Source: a virus
Lineage: Duplodnaviria > Heunggongvirae > Uroviricota > Caudoviricetes
Direction: 5' to 3' (one strand)
Length of the DNA: 40,856 nucleotides
Virus record (IMG/VR): IMGVR_UViG_2561511241_000004
Coordinates: 1 to 40,856 of that record
Made by a program: the position numbers and the translations under genes. Every line of letters begins with the position of its first letter. The first letter of the stretch is position 1. The notes below the pieces were generated by a model. It did no database searches and was not told the origin of the DNA. It worked only from the letters and a program-made list of their open reading frames with translations. Shown piece by piece: positions 8,331 through 16,605 of the stretch.

Positions 8331-9401
8331 ATGGCTAACGCCTGGCTCAGATTATGGCATGACATGCCAAATGACCCTAAGTGGCGAACAATTGCCAGGG
8401 TGTCAGGGCAGCCAATTGCAACAGTGATGGCAGTGTATATCCACCTCCTGGTGAGCGCGTCACGAAATGTCACGCGAGGTCACATTGATGTCACGACAGA
8501 AGATTTGGCAAGTGCGCTCGACGTGACAGAAGAGGTAATTGATTCAATTTTGCAGACGATGCAGGGGCGGGTACTTGATGGTGATTTAATCACTGGATGG
8601 GAAAAACGCCAGGTGCTTAAAGAGGACAACGGCAATATTTCGCAAACCGCAAAATCTCCTGCAGAGCGCAAGAGGGCGCAGCGAGAGAGGGAAAGAAAGC
8701 GGGAACAAAATGGCGATTGTCACGGCGCGTCACGAAATGTCACGCACATGTCACGACGAGTCACGACAGATAAAGATACAGATAAAGATACAGATCAAGA
8801 AGATCAAAACACTATGGTCCATGGCGTAAAAAACGCCACGAACCAGGCAGGGGATGTTCAGACCGTCAATCTTGGTCAGCCAGCAGGCACGACACCGGAA
8901 GCCGATTCAGCGTATGCGCTGAAAGCCGATTCGGGCGCTGTGCAGCAGGTGATGACCGCAAGGCCGGAGCAATCACACCAACTGCAGCAGCCTGAAGCCG
9001 ATTCCGCCATTCAGCGGGAAGCCGATCGGGTAGTCCCGGAAAACACCGGGCAGTCTGTGGGACGAGTGGATTATCCGGATGTGTTCGAACAGGTCTGGCG
9101 GGAGTACCCGTTGCGTGCCGGGGCAAACCCGAAGAAATCCGCTTTCAGTGCCTGGAAGGCCAGATTACGCGAGGGGGTGCCACCAGAGGCAATGCTGGAT
9201 GGCGTGAGGCGTTACGCAAGATACCTAGCGGTTACCGGGAAAACGGGAACGGAATTTGTTCAGCGGGCGACGACGTTTTTTGGACCGGACCGGAATTTTG
9301 AAAACCCCTGGTTGCTCCCGGTAAGCGGCACGAACAACCAGCGTTGTGTGAATCATATTTCTGAACCGGATACCGAAATTCCGCCGGGCTTCAGGGGGTA
9401 A
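8331..9401 (+). CDS. replication initiation protein: replisome-organizer-like N-terminal domain fused to a DnaT-like C-terminal domain
   Basis: N-terminus WLRLWHDMPNDPKWR; C-terminus ends ...SEPDTEIPPGFRG, like the C-terminus of E. coli DnaT; contains iterons; AGAGGTGAG RBS. Confidence 0.65.
   Translation: MANAWLRLWHDMPNDPKWRTIARVSGQPIATVMAVYIHLLVSASRNVTRGHIDVTTEDLASALDVTEEVIDSILQTMQGRVLDGDLITGWEKRQVLKEDNGNISQTAKSPAERKRAQRERERKREQNGDCHGASRNVTHMSRRVTTDKDTDKDTDQEDQNTMVHGVKNATNQAGDVQTVNLGQPAGTTPEADSAYALKADSGAVQQVMTARPEQSHQLQQPEADSAIQREADRVVPENTGQSVGRVDYPDVFEQVWREYPLRAGANPKKSAFSAWKARLREGVPPEAMLDGVRRYARYLAVTGKTGTEFVQRATTFFGPDRNFENPWLLPVSGTNNQRCVNHISEPDTEIPPGFRG
8459..8495. repeat. iteron cluster 1: four GTCAC(G/A) copies at about 10-bp spacing (candidate ori element)
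   Basis: Copies at 8459, 8469, 8479 and 8490, inside the replication gene. Confidence 0.5.
8719..8810. repeat. iteron cluster 2 (five GTCACG copies) plus A-rich tandem repeat (gataaagataca x2, gatcaagaagatcaa)
   Basis: Copies at 8719, 8729, 8739, 8750 and 8760, then the AT-rich repeat; resembles the lambda ori layout inside O. Confidence 0.5.
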
Positions 9402-9441
9402 GTGTTTATTTCAGCTCATGAGGTAATTATCAGGAGGAGTT

Positions 9442-9867
9442 GTGGCAAAAGTTTTTACACAAGAAGAGCGGGAAAAAATTAAAGGGCAGGTTGTTGAACT
9501 TGTACGCCAGAGTGGGCGCGAGACGTTACGTCAACTGGAAGCCAAGACAGGTGCGACAAGATATCTGATGAGCGTTCTCGCAAGAGAGCTGGTTGCCAGC
9601 GGCGATGTATACAACTCTGGTTACGGGTTATTCCCGTCTGAACAGGCTCGTAAGGACTGGCAAAATGCCCGCAAAAAACTCTCAAGGGCAAAGCTGAAGA
9701 AAAAAACATCTGTGGTTGATCCGGACCTTATCTGGTCGTTACCAGACGGAGAAATACGCCGCTATGACAGGCGTCTGAACATAATCTGTCGCGAGTGCCG
9801 GAATAGTGAAGTTATGCAGCGTGTACTGGCTTTCTATCAGGGGAATTTTCAGGAGGCGGCGCAGTGA
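9442..9867 (+). CDS. hypothetical protein (141 aa, GTG start)
   Basis: AGGAGG RBS 5 nt upstream of the GTG; no helicase-loader or AAA motifs seen. Confidence 0.5.
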   Translation: MAKVFTQEEREKIKGQVVELVRQSGRETLRQLEAKTGATRYLMSVLARELVASGDVYNSGYGLFPSEQARKDWQNARKKLSRAKLKKKTSVVDPDLIWSLPDGEIRRYDRRLNIICRECRNSEVMQRVLAFYQGNFQEAAQ

Positions 9868-10064
9868 GCAGGATTGACTACCAGGAATTGGCTGCTGCTA
9901 ACGCTTCCCTGGCTGATGTACGGGCGGTGGCGTTTAACGACCTTTGCGCGGCGTTTGCCAGGCACGCAAAAGTTGCAGGACTGGATGATGCCGATACCGT
10001 AACGCTTAAGGAAGTGACAGAAGCATTGTTGCATTGTGCGGAACAGATTCGCGCGCCTGAATAA
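9864..10064 (+). CDS. hypothetical protein (66 aa, GTG start, GTGA overlap with the upstream gene)
   Basis: AGGAGG RBS 7 nt upstream; translationally coupled. Confidence 0.4.
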   Translation: MSRIDYQELAAANASLADVRAVAFNDLCAAFARHAKVAGLDDADTVTLKEVTEALLHCAEQIRAPE

Positions 10065-10159
10065 TTAAATTTAGTGTTGTAAATAAAATTTAATCCTTAA
10101 CCGGAGGGATTTCTGCACCCTCAGAACATCAGGAGGCCGCCCGAAAGGGCGGTAATGAA

Positions 10160-10342
10160 ATGCGAAAGTTCAGAATAATTATTGAAACGGGAATAGCTGG
10201 TGGAGATTTTGAGGATGTATTCGAAGTGGATGATGGTGCGACACCAGATGAAATACAGGACGAAGCAAAAGAAATTTTCTTTAACTACTGCAATTACTCA
10301 TATCACGAAATAAAAGATGAGGAGGAAGAACAAAATGGCTGA
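10160..10342 (+). CDS. small highly acidic protein (60 aa, about 18 D/E)
   Basis: Preceded by a GNRA-loop hairpin; strongly negative net charge. Confidence 0.5.
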   Translation: MRKFRIIIETGIAGGDFEDVFEVDDGATPDEIQDEAKEIFFNYCNYSYHEIKDEEEEQNG

Positions 10343-10511
10343 TTTTGGTTCAACTAAATACAACGTCAGTTTTGAAGAATGGCATGAACTGTTAATGGAC
10401 TATGCAGAGTTACGCGGTGGAAGTGCCGCTGATGCTGAAGCATGGCGTTATGACTACGAAGCAGGAAAAACTCCGGTCGAAGCATATTGTGATGAGTGGG
10501 GCGATGAATGA
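10335..10511 (+). CDS. small highly acidic protein (58 aa, about 15 D/E)
   Basis: GAGGAGGAAG RBS; overlaps the upstream stop and the downstream start (ATGA). Confidence 0.5.
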   Translation: MADFGSTKYNVSFEEWHELLMDYAELRGGSAADAEAWRYDYEAGKTPVEAYCDEWGDE

Positions 10512-11023
10512 GCGAGATTAATTATCAGGAAGGACATGAAACGGCAGGGCAGGCAAAACCAGTTGCATGGCGATATCGCTACGTGAAAAAAGGCATTACG
10601 GACTCACAGGGGGAGCCGTGGGTTGGTGACTGGAAATATGTACCGACAAAAGAGGATTGCAACGACAGGCCGAGCTATGAAATTCAGGCGTTATTCACTG
10701 CCCCGCCTGTGCCACTGACATCAGAAGGACTGGTTAAAGCCGTGCGCTTTTATGAACAGGTAAAGCGTGAGAATCCACCAGTCGAAACAGGAGCATGGAA
10801 AGATGCTGTTGATTGGGTACTCAAAGAGGCCTGCAGTGCTGTCATTCTGGGTAAAGCCGACAACCCACCAGCTTCCGGCAATCAGGTTAGCGAATTAACA
10901 ATGTGGGTTAAACGACTGGTCAGCCAACTGAAAAAAGCCAAGCCGGACTGCAAATTACCGGAGAAGGCGATGGACTACCTGAAGCGAAACGGACTGATAA
11001 GCGTGGAGGATGTTTTACGGTGA
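10508..11023 (+). CDS. hypothetical protein (171 aa)
   Basis: Translationally coupled to the acidic pair; no family recognised. Confidence 0.55.
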   Translation: MSEINYQEGHETAGQAKPVAWRYRYVKKGITDSQGEPWVGDWKYVPTKEDCNDRPSYEIQALFTAPPVPLTSEGLVKAVRFYEQVKRENPPVETGAWKDAVDWVLKEACSAVILGKADNPPASGNQVSELTMWVKRLVSQLKKAKPDCKLPEKAMDYLKRNGLISVEDVLR

Positions 11024-11162
11024 GATAGTAAATGCATGTAATGAGACGGGGGGGGTGAGGGGAGGCTTCATCTGGATAGATCTTGCACCGTTCATATGTT
11101 ATAAAAACAATTCCTACTGTTAAATCGTTGTTTGTTTTAGTTGCTATATTTAAGGAGTGAAT

Positions 11163-11420
11163 ATGCAGTTAATTGTTGATTACCCAGATCATAACATTTA
11201 TTCATCTTTTGTGGATGCGGATGCTGAACTTCGAGAGTTAAATGGTGGGGCAGTAGTTGTAATAACGGTAAAAATACCTCTTACTAGCACATCGGAACAG
11301 TTGTTTAATAAATACACTTGCGGGGAAAGTCTTCGTATTAAATTGAGGAATGGCGATGAATGGAAAATGTATTTCGTTATGCTTGATGGAGGGCGCTATA
11401 TATTTTCCTCGCACCTGTGA
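11163..11420 (+). CDS. hypothetical protein (85 aa) in AT-rich DNA
   Basis: Strong AAGGAG RBS 5 nt upstream of the ATG. Confidence 0.5.
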   Translation: MQLIVDYPDHNIYSSFVDADAELRELNGGAVVVITVKIPLTSTSEQLFNKYTCGESLRIKLRNGDEWKMYFVMLDGGRYIFSSHL

Positions 11421-11673
11421 TAAAAATGATGAGCCGAGACTGTATTTACGGGACGCTGAGAGAATACCATAGAAAAGCTTATCTAACTTAAGTAGAATTG
11501 CTGCGGGTGCTTGAGGCTATCTGCCTCAGGCATGAACACCAAAGGCAGATAGAGAAAAGCCCCAGTTAACATTACGCGTCCTGCAAGACGCTTAACATTA
11601 ATCTGAGGCTCAATCTATGAACGGCAAATCTAGGTTAGCCTCTTACGTGCCGAAAGGCAAGGAGAAGCAGGCT

Positions 11674-11829
11674 ATGAAGCAGCAAAAGGCGATGTTAATC
11701 GCCCTGATCGTCATCTGTTTAACCGTCATTGTGACGGCACTGGTAACGAGGAAAGACCTCTGCGAGGTACGAATCCGAACCGGCCAGACGGGGGTCGCTG
11801 TCTTCACAGCTTACGAACCTGAGGAGTAA
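11674..11829 (+). CDS. hokD: Hok/Gef-family type I toxin (HokD/RelF-like, 51 aa)
   Basis: MKQQKAMLIALIVICLTVIVTALVTRKDLCEVRIRTGQTGVAVFTAYEPEE; AGGAGA RBS; in-frame upstream extension from 11617; mRNA 5'/3' complementary elements present. Confidence 0.8.
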   Translation: MKQQKAMLIALIVICLTVIVTALVTRKDLCEVRIRTGQTGVAVFTAYEPEE

Positions 11830-11972
11830 GAGACCTGGCGGGGGAGAAATCCCTCGCCACCTCTGATGTGTCAGGCATCCTCAACGCACCCGCACTTAAC
11901 CCGCTTCGGCGTTTTTTCCGTTGATTAACTCTAGTTATTAGAGAACCGAACTTTTATTGATGGGGCAGGGAG

Positions 11973-12365
11973 ATGAAGAAACTTGTTTTAGTTGCAGGTG
12001 TAATGATTGCAACAGTAATGTTGGGAGGGTGTGCAGCAAAGGTCGATCCAGCGTTGAAAGCAGAAGCAATGAAGCCACTAACATGTAATGATGAAAAGCA
12101 ATGTGACTTTTATTGGAAACGAGCGCAATTCTGGTTGGCTAATAATTCCTCATGGAAAATTCAAACGGCGACAGACACGCTAATTTCCACTTATAATCCC
12201 TCTCCAAATAGTCCATTCCTCGCTTATCAAGTGAGTAAAATGCCAAATGAAGATGGATCCTCAAGAATTTTCATCAAGCCTTTTTGCGATAATATGTTTG
12301 GCTGTCAACCAAACCCCTATCAGGCAGTTGTTTCCTTTAAAAACTTCGTTAAAACAGGGCAGTAG
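11973..12365 (+). CDS. lipoprotein (signal peptide with LGGC lipobox), 130 aa
   Basis: N-terminal MKKLVLVAGVMIATVMLGGC; Cys-rich mature part; AT-rich context. Confidence 0.65.
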   Translation: MKKLVLVAGVMIATVMLGGCAAKVDPALKAEAMKPLTCNDEKQCDFYWKRAQFWLANNSSWKIQTATDTLISTYNPSPNSPFLAYQVSKMPNEDGSSRIFIKPFCDNMFGCQPNPYQAVVSFKNFVKTGQ

Positions 12366-12564
12366 TGTATAGCTTGGACGATAAATTATTAGTGAAAACG
12401 CCGTAAACCCTCACCCAATGTGGACTAAGTCTATCAAACATGACTGTGATGATTAGTCCGTAGTTGTTGTCTATGAAATCTGGATTGAGTCAGGGTTTAA
12501 TCCAATAATTATTCTATCGTTCCTTTACAAGTCCGGTATATTACTTTCAGTTTGTTTTAGCATA

Positions 12565-12589
12565 CCCGCTTCGGCGGGTTTTGTTTTTT
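12565..12589 (+). terminator. rho-independent terminator (UUCG-loop hairpin)
   Basis: cccgc-ttcg-gcggg followed by ttttgtttttt. Confidence 0.5.
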
Positions 12590-12661
12590 CCTGGCATTCT
12601 GGTTTACAATTCGCACGCCAGCCTGAACAACTGGCACCTGCTGCGCCAGCAGAGACAACCG

Positions 12662-12940
12662 ATGGCGCACGATACCAAATTACACAATTCTGATGATTCT
12701 GCCGTCTTTGCCAGCAGGCACGGGCGGCGTTCCCGCACTTTCAAATCTGACTGGTTCCAGCATGACCCATGTACTGAAGAACAGGCCGAATGGCTAATTC
12801 ATAACTATCGCAGACGCGGATACGAGATTAAGAAAGCCCTCAGCCTCGATTATCGTCACTGGATAATCTATGTCAGGCTCCCTTATTCCGAACGCCCACC
12901 GCACCCATCCCGCACATACCAGCAACGGATCTGGAGGTAA
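12662..12940 (+). CDS. hypothetical protein (92 aa), stop abuts the DUF968 start
   Basis: ATG at 12662 with a weak RBS; TAA at 12938-12940 lies 2 nt before the GTG of the next gene. Confidence 0.4.
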   Translation: MAHDTKLHNSDDSAVFASRHGRRSRTFKSDWFQHDPCTEEQAEWLIHNYRRRGYEIKKALSLDYRHWIIYVRLPYSERPPHPSRTYQQRIWR

Positions 12941-12941
12941 C

Positions 12942-13991
12942 GTGCGGATATTACTTCGACCTGTTCTGGTACCGGAACTCGGGCTGGTGGTCCTTAGGCC
13001 GGGCCGTGAATCCATGCAAGTATTTCATAACCCTCGAGTGCTGGTGGAGCCTGAACCGAAAAGCATGCGCGGTCTGCCGTCCGGAGTCGTCCCTGCCGTT
13101 CGCCAGCCGCTGGCGGAGGATAAATCATTACTGCCATTTTTCAGCGATGAGCGGGTGATTCGTGCTGCTGGCGGCGCTGGGGCACTGTCTGACTGGCTGT
13201 TGCGTCATGTCAAATCCTGCCAGTGGCCTCATGGTGACTATCATCACAGTGAAATCGTCATACATCGTTACGGTACCAGCGCGATGGTGTTGTGCTGGCA
13301 CTGCGACAACCAGTTGCGTGACCAGACATCCGAATCACTCGGGCAACTTGCTCATCAAAACCTGTCAGCATGGATGATTGACGTCATACGCCATGCAATG
13401 AATGGCACGCAGGAGCGGGAATTGTCGCTGGCTGAATTATCTTGGTGGGCGGTCTGCAATCAGGTGGCGGACGCGCTTCCGGAGGCAGTATTACGTCGTT
13501 CTCTGGGGGTACGTGCGGAAAAAATCCGCTCCTTGTACCGCGAAAGCGACATCGTACCGGGAGAGCAGACCGCCACCAGCATACTGAAGCAGCGCACAAA
13601 AAATCTTGCGCCGTTGCCTCATGCCCACCAGCAACAGAACCCACCACAGGAAAAGACGGTGGTATGCATCACCGTTGATCCGGAGTCTCCGGAATCTTTC
13701 ATGAGGCGACCTAAACGTCGCCGTTGGGTAAATGAGAAATATACGCGCTGGGTGAAGACACAGCCGTGTGCGTGTTGTGGTCAGCCAGCCGACGATCCCC
13801 ATCACCTGATTGGTCACGGTCAGGGAGGGATGGGAACAAAGGCCCACGATATTTTCACGCTACCGTTGTGCCGGGAACATCACAACGAACTTCATGCGGA
13901 TCCGCTGGCGTTCGAAGAAAAGCATGGTTCCCAGGTTGATTTAATTTTTCGTTTTCTTGATCACGCCTTTGCAACCGGCGTGCTCGGGTAA
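12942..13991 (+). CDS. DUF968-family protein (YdfU-like, nin-region)
   Basis: GTG start with GGAGG RBS; C-terminal Cys/His cluster CACCGQPADDPHHLIGHG...CREHHNELH. Confidence 0.7.
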   Translation: MRILLRPVLVPELGLVVLRPGRESMQVFHNPRVLVEPEPKSMRGLPSGVVPAVRQPLAEDKSLLPFFSDERVIRAAGGAGALSDWLLRHVKSCQWPHGDYHHSEIVIHRYGTSAMVLCWHCDNQLRDQTSESLGQLAHQNLSAWMIDVIRHAMNGTQERELSLAELSWWAVCNQVADALPEAVLRRSLGVRAEKIRSLYRESDIVPGEQTATSILKQRTKNLAPLPHAHQQQNPPQEKTVVCITVDPESPESFMRRPKRRRWVNEKYTRWVKTQPCACCGQPADDPHHLIGHGQGGMGTKAHDIFTLPLCREHHNELHADPLAFEEKHGSQVDLIFRFLDHAFATGVLG

Positions 13992-14003
13992 AAGAGGTTA
14001 CTG

Positions 14004-14363
14004 ATGCGTATAGAGTTTGTTTTGCCTTATCCGCCGACGGTGAATACTTACTGGCGACGTCGTGGCAACACATATTTTGTATCAAAAGTCGGTGAGCGTT
14101 ATCGCCGTGATGTGGCACTAATTGTTCGCCAGCAGCGGTTGAAATTAAACCTGTCCGGAAGGCTGGCAATAAAAATTATTGCAGAGCCACCGGATAAGCG
14201 CCGCCGCGACCTGGACAATATCCTGAAGGCACCACTGGATGCGCTGACGCATGCCGGACTTCTCATAGACGACGAGCAGTTTGATGAAATCAATATTGTG
14301 CGCGGACTGCCTGTTCCTGGTGGTCGGCTGGGGATAAAAATCACAGAACTGGAGTGCGCATGA
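14004..14363 (+). CDS. rusA: Holliday junction resolvase RusA
   Basis: 119 aa; RRRDLDNxxK motif and overall similarity to E. coli RusA. Confidence 0.85.
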   Translation: MRIEFVLPYPPTVNTYWRRRGNTYFVSKVGERYRRDVALIVRQQRLKLNLSGRLAIKIIAEPPDKRRRDLDNILKAPLDALTHAGLLIDDEQFDEINIVRGLPVPGGRLGIKITELECA

Positions 14364-15049
14364 ATAACCAGTATTTACAGTTTGTGCGTGAGCAGCTCAT
14401 TATCGCTACCGCTGATTTGAGTGGGGCAACAAAAGGTCAGCTTGAAGCCTGGCAGGAGAATGCCATGTTTGATACAGGGCGTTACAGGCGTAAAAAAATC
14501 CGGTACCGCGATGAAGTGACTGGAAGAATGATAACGCGGGATAGTCCACCGATACCGGGAAAACAATCACTGGCGAAAGGCTCATCAATTGCTCTGGTAA
14601 GTCAGGTTGAGTTTTCGACATCATCATGGCGACGGGCAGTTCTGTCTCTTGAAGAACATCATAAAGCCTGGTTGTTGTGGTGTTACAGCGGGAGTATTTG
14701 TTGGGAATATCAGATCGCGATAACACAGTGGGCGTGGAATGAATTTAATACTCAATCCGGTACCAGAAAAATTGCAGGGAAAACGCAGGAACGCCTGAAA
14801 AAATTAATCTGGCTGGCGGCGCAGGCATTAAAAGCAGAACTTTTTGGTGGGGAAGGTTATGAATACCAGGAGCTGGCATTACTGGCGGGAGTGACAACTA
14901 AAAACTGGTCCAAAACATTTACTCGTCACTGGGTTGCAATGAAACACATTTTTCACCGACTTGATAGTGAGGCTTTATTGTTTGTAATGAGAACACGTTC
15001 AAAACAAAAGGCGGCATTTTCAAAGCAAAGTGTTGCAAAAGTAGATTGA
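14360..15049 (+). CDS. putative late-gene antiterminator (Q-like), assigned by position only
   Basis: ATGA overlap with the rusA stop; last gene before the terminator, tRNAs and lysis cassette; no motif-level confirmation. Confidence 0.4.
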   Translation: MNNQYLQFVREQLIIATADLSGATKGQLEAWQENAMFDTGRYRRKKIRYRDEVTGRMITRDSPPIPGKQSLAKGSSIALVSQVEFSTSSWRRAVLSLEEHHKAWLLWCYSGSICWEYQIAITQWAWNEFNTQSGTRKIAGKTQERLKKLIWLAAQALKAELFGGEGYEYQELALLAGVTTKNWSKTFTRHWVAMKHIFHRLDSEALLFVMRTRSKQKAAFSKQSVAKVD

Positions 15050-15112
15050 AAGGCATATATTTCATGCAAATCTGATATTTTGCCGATTTTGTACGTGATG
15101 GCAAAAGCAAAC

Positions 15113-15140
15113 AAAACCCGCCCACAAGCGGGTTTTTTGT
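15113..15140 (+). terminator. rho-independent terminator downstream of the Q-like gene
   Basis: acccgc-ccacaa-gcgggt followed by tttttt. Confidence 0.5.
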
Positions 15141-15243
15141 GCCACTTATCTCGGATAGACATGGTGAATGCGCTGGTGGAGGAGATAAGGGTGATTTTTG
15201 AATGCTTGCAACATTGATTTCGTAACGTTATTATCCTGCGCCC

Positions 15244-15319
15244 GGCCCTTTAGCTCAGTGGTGAGAGCGAGCGACTCATAATCGCCAGGTCGCTGGTTCA
15301 AATCCAGCAAGGGCCACCA
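15244..15319 (+). tRNA. tRNA with anticodon CAU (Ile2/Met type, ileX/ileZ-like)
   Basis: Clean cloverleaf: 7-bp acceptor stem, GCTC/GAGC D-stem, anticodon loop CUCAUAA, TTCAAAT T-loop, CCA end; very similar to E. coli ileX. Confidence 0.8.
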
Positions 15320-15320
15320 G

Positions 15321-15397
15321 CCGCCACTAGCTCATCAGGAAAGAACGTCAACCCTTTAAGTTGAGTGTGCGAGGTTCGAGTCCCCGGTGGCGGTCCA
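15321..15397 (+). tRNA. tRNA-like gene with unusual anticodon loop CCUUUAA (C at position 33); identity uncertain
   Basis: Perfect 7-bp acceptor stem, TCAAC/GTTGA anticodon stem, TTCGAGT T-loop, CCA end; mismatches in D- and T-stems. Confidence 0.5.
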
Positions 15398-15399
15398 GT

Positions 15400-15476
<77 letters not shown>

Positions 15477-15479
15477 TAT

Positions 15480-15554
<75 letters not shown>

Positions 15555-15822
15555 GCAGAGGACGATTGATACTAGGTTGTGTTAGGCACTGACACATTTT
15601 ATGTGGGGCGTTTTTCCTGACTCCTTACCTCGCCCTGTACTGTAAGGAGTGATATCGCTTGCAGCACCAGTGCCATTTTTTACGTCACCGGAATGGTGCA
15701 TTATTGGTAGAGATTTGCAATGTTTCTGGCAGGGGCCGATGATGCATCATTCTGGTGTTGTAAATAACACCATGACATTGAGATTAATCATATATTAAGC
15801 AAAACCTGGAAATGCATCCTTA

Positions 15823-15848
15823 ACCGCCTCTATCGGGCGGTTTTTTTT
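15823..15848 (+). terminator. tR'-like rho-independent terminator between the tRNA cluster and the lysis genes
   Basis: ccgcc-tctatcg-ggcgg followed by eight T; expected position for the late-operon terminator that Q would override. Confidence 0.55.
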
Positions 15849-16212
15849 ATTCTGAACTCAGAAAAGAATACACGGGCATTGATATTACCCGTGTGGCAAG
15901 GCCATGAAAGCTAATAATGAACTGAGCGCAAAAAAAGCGCGGCTGTCGGATTAACGCCGCGGGACAAAGTCCGTGAAGAAGAATAAGCATCAGTCTCCTC
16001 CAGGAGACGATTTGATATTACTAAGCTTTAAAAATGGTTTAAATCCCCCGGATTAACCTTAATTTCAGATAAGCTTTATTTCATTTTCTCCGAGCCACGT
16101 CAGGCGCACATCACATCAGATAACACCACATAAAAGGCATCTGCGGGTGTCTTTGATGGGGGTGTTTTTTACGGGTCGCTGGTGGCCCTTTTTTATTTAC
16201 AGGAGAAAAAGT

Positions 16213-16605
16213 ATGTCTGAACCCTTATCCGGTTCCGGCACGGCTGCGGCGCTCGGTGGAGCGACAGTATTCGGGCTGTTTACCGGAACGGATTTCGGGA
16301 TTGTGTTTGGTGCGTTCGCCGGGGCGTTATTTGTGGCAACGATGCCGCAGGCACTTTCAGCCTGGCGTGTGGCGGCGCATTTTCTGGTGTCGTTCATTAT
16401 CGGCGTGCTGGGCGCAGAGGTTCTGGCATCCTGGCTGGTAAAGCATACAGGGTTTGACGGTGCACCCGTCGACGCACTGTGTGCAGTGCTGGTGTCAGTG
16501 GTGTCGGTGAAGATTCTCTCGTTCATCCACCAGCAGGATATTGCATCGCTGGTGTCCGGTATGTTCTCCCGCCTGCGGGGTGGAGGAGGCGGCAATGTTA
16601 AGTAA
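16213..16605 (+). CDS. holin-like membrane protein (about 130 aa, several TM segments)
   Basis: First gene of the late operon; AGGAG RBS; Gly/Ala-rich hydrophobic segments. Confidence 0.5.
   Translation: MSEPLSGSGTAAALGGATVFGLFTGTDFGIVFGAFAGALFVATMPQALSAWRVAAHFLVSFIIGVLGAEVLASWLVKHTGFDGAPVDALCAVLVSVVSVKILSFIHQQDIASLVSGMFSRLRGGGGGNVK

Noticed and set aside
9442-9867. Helicase loader (lambda P / DnaC-like) assignment for the ORF after the initiator
   Set aside because: 141 aa with no Walker A/B motifs; too short and compositionally unlike DnaC/P; left as hypothetical.
12590-12662. Sigma-54-like motif TGGCAC-N5-TGCG upstream of the 12662 ORF
   Set aside because: The -12 element is imperfect and no enhancer-binding protein context is present; likely chance.
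15850-16146. Toxin cargo (stx-like) between tR' and the holin
   Set aside because: Only about 300 bp with no ORF longer than 16 codons; no A/B toxin-like reading frames.
16197-16595. 132-aa minus-strand ORF
   Set aside because: Antisense to the holin-like gene; Pro/Ala/Ser-rich low-complexity translation.
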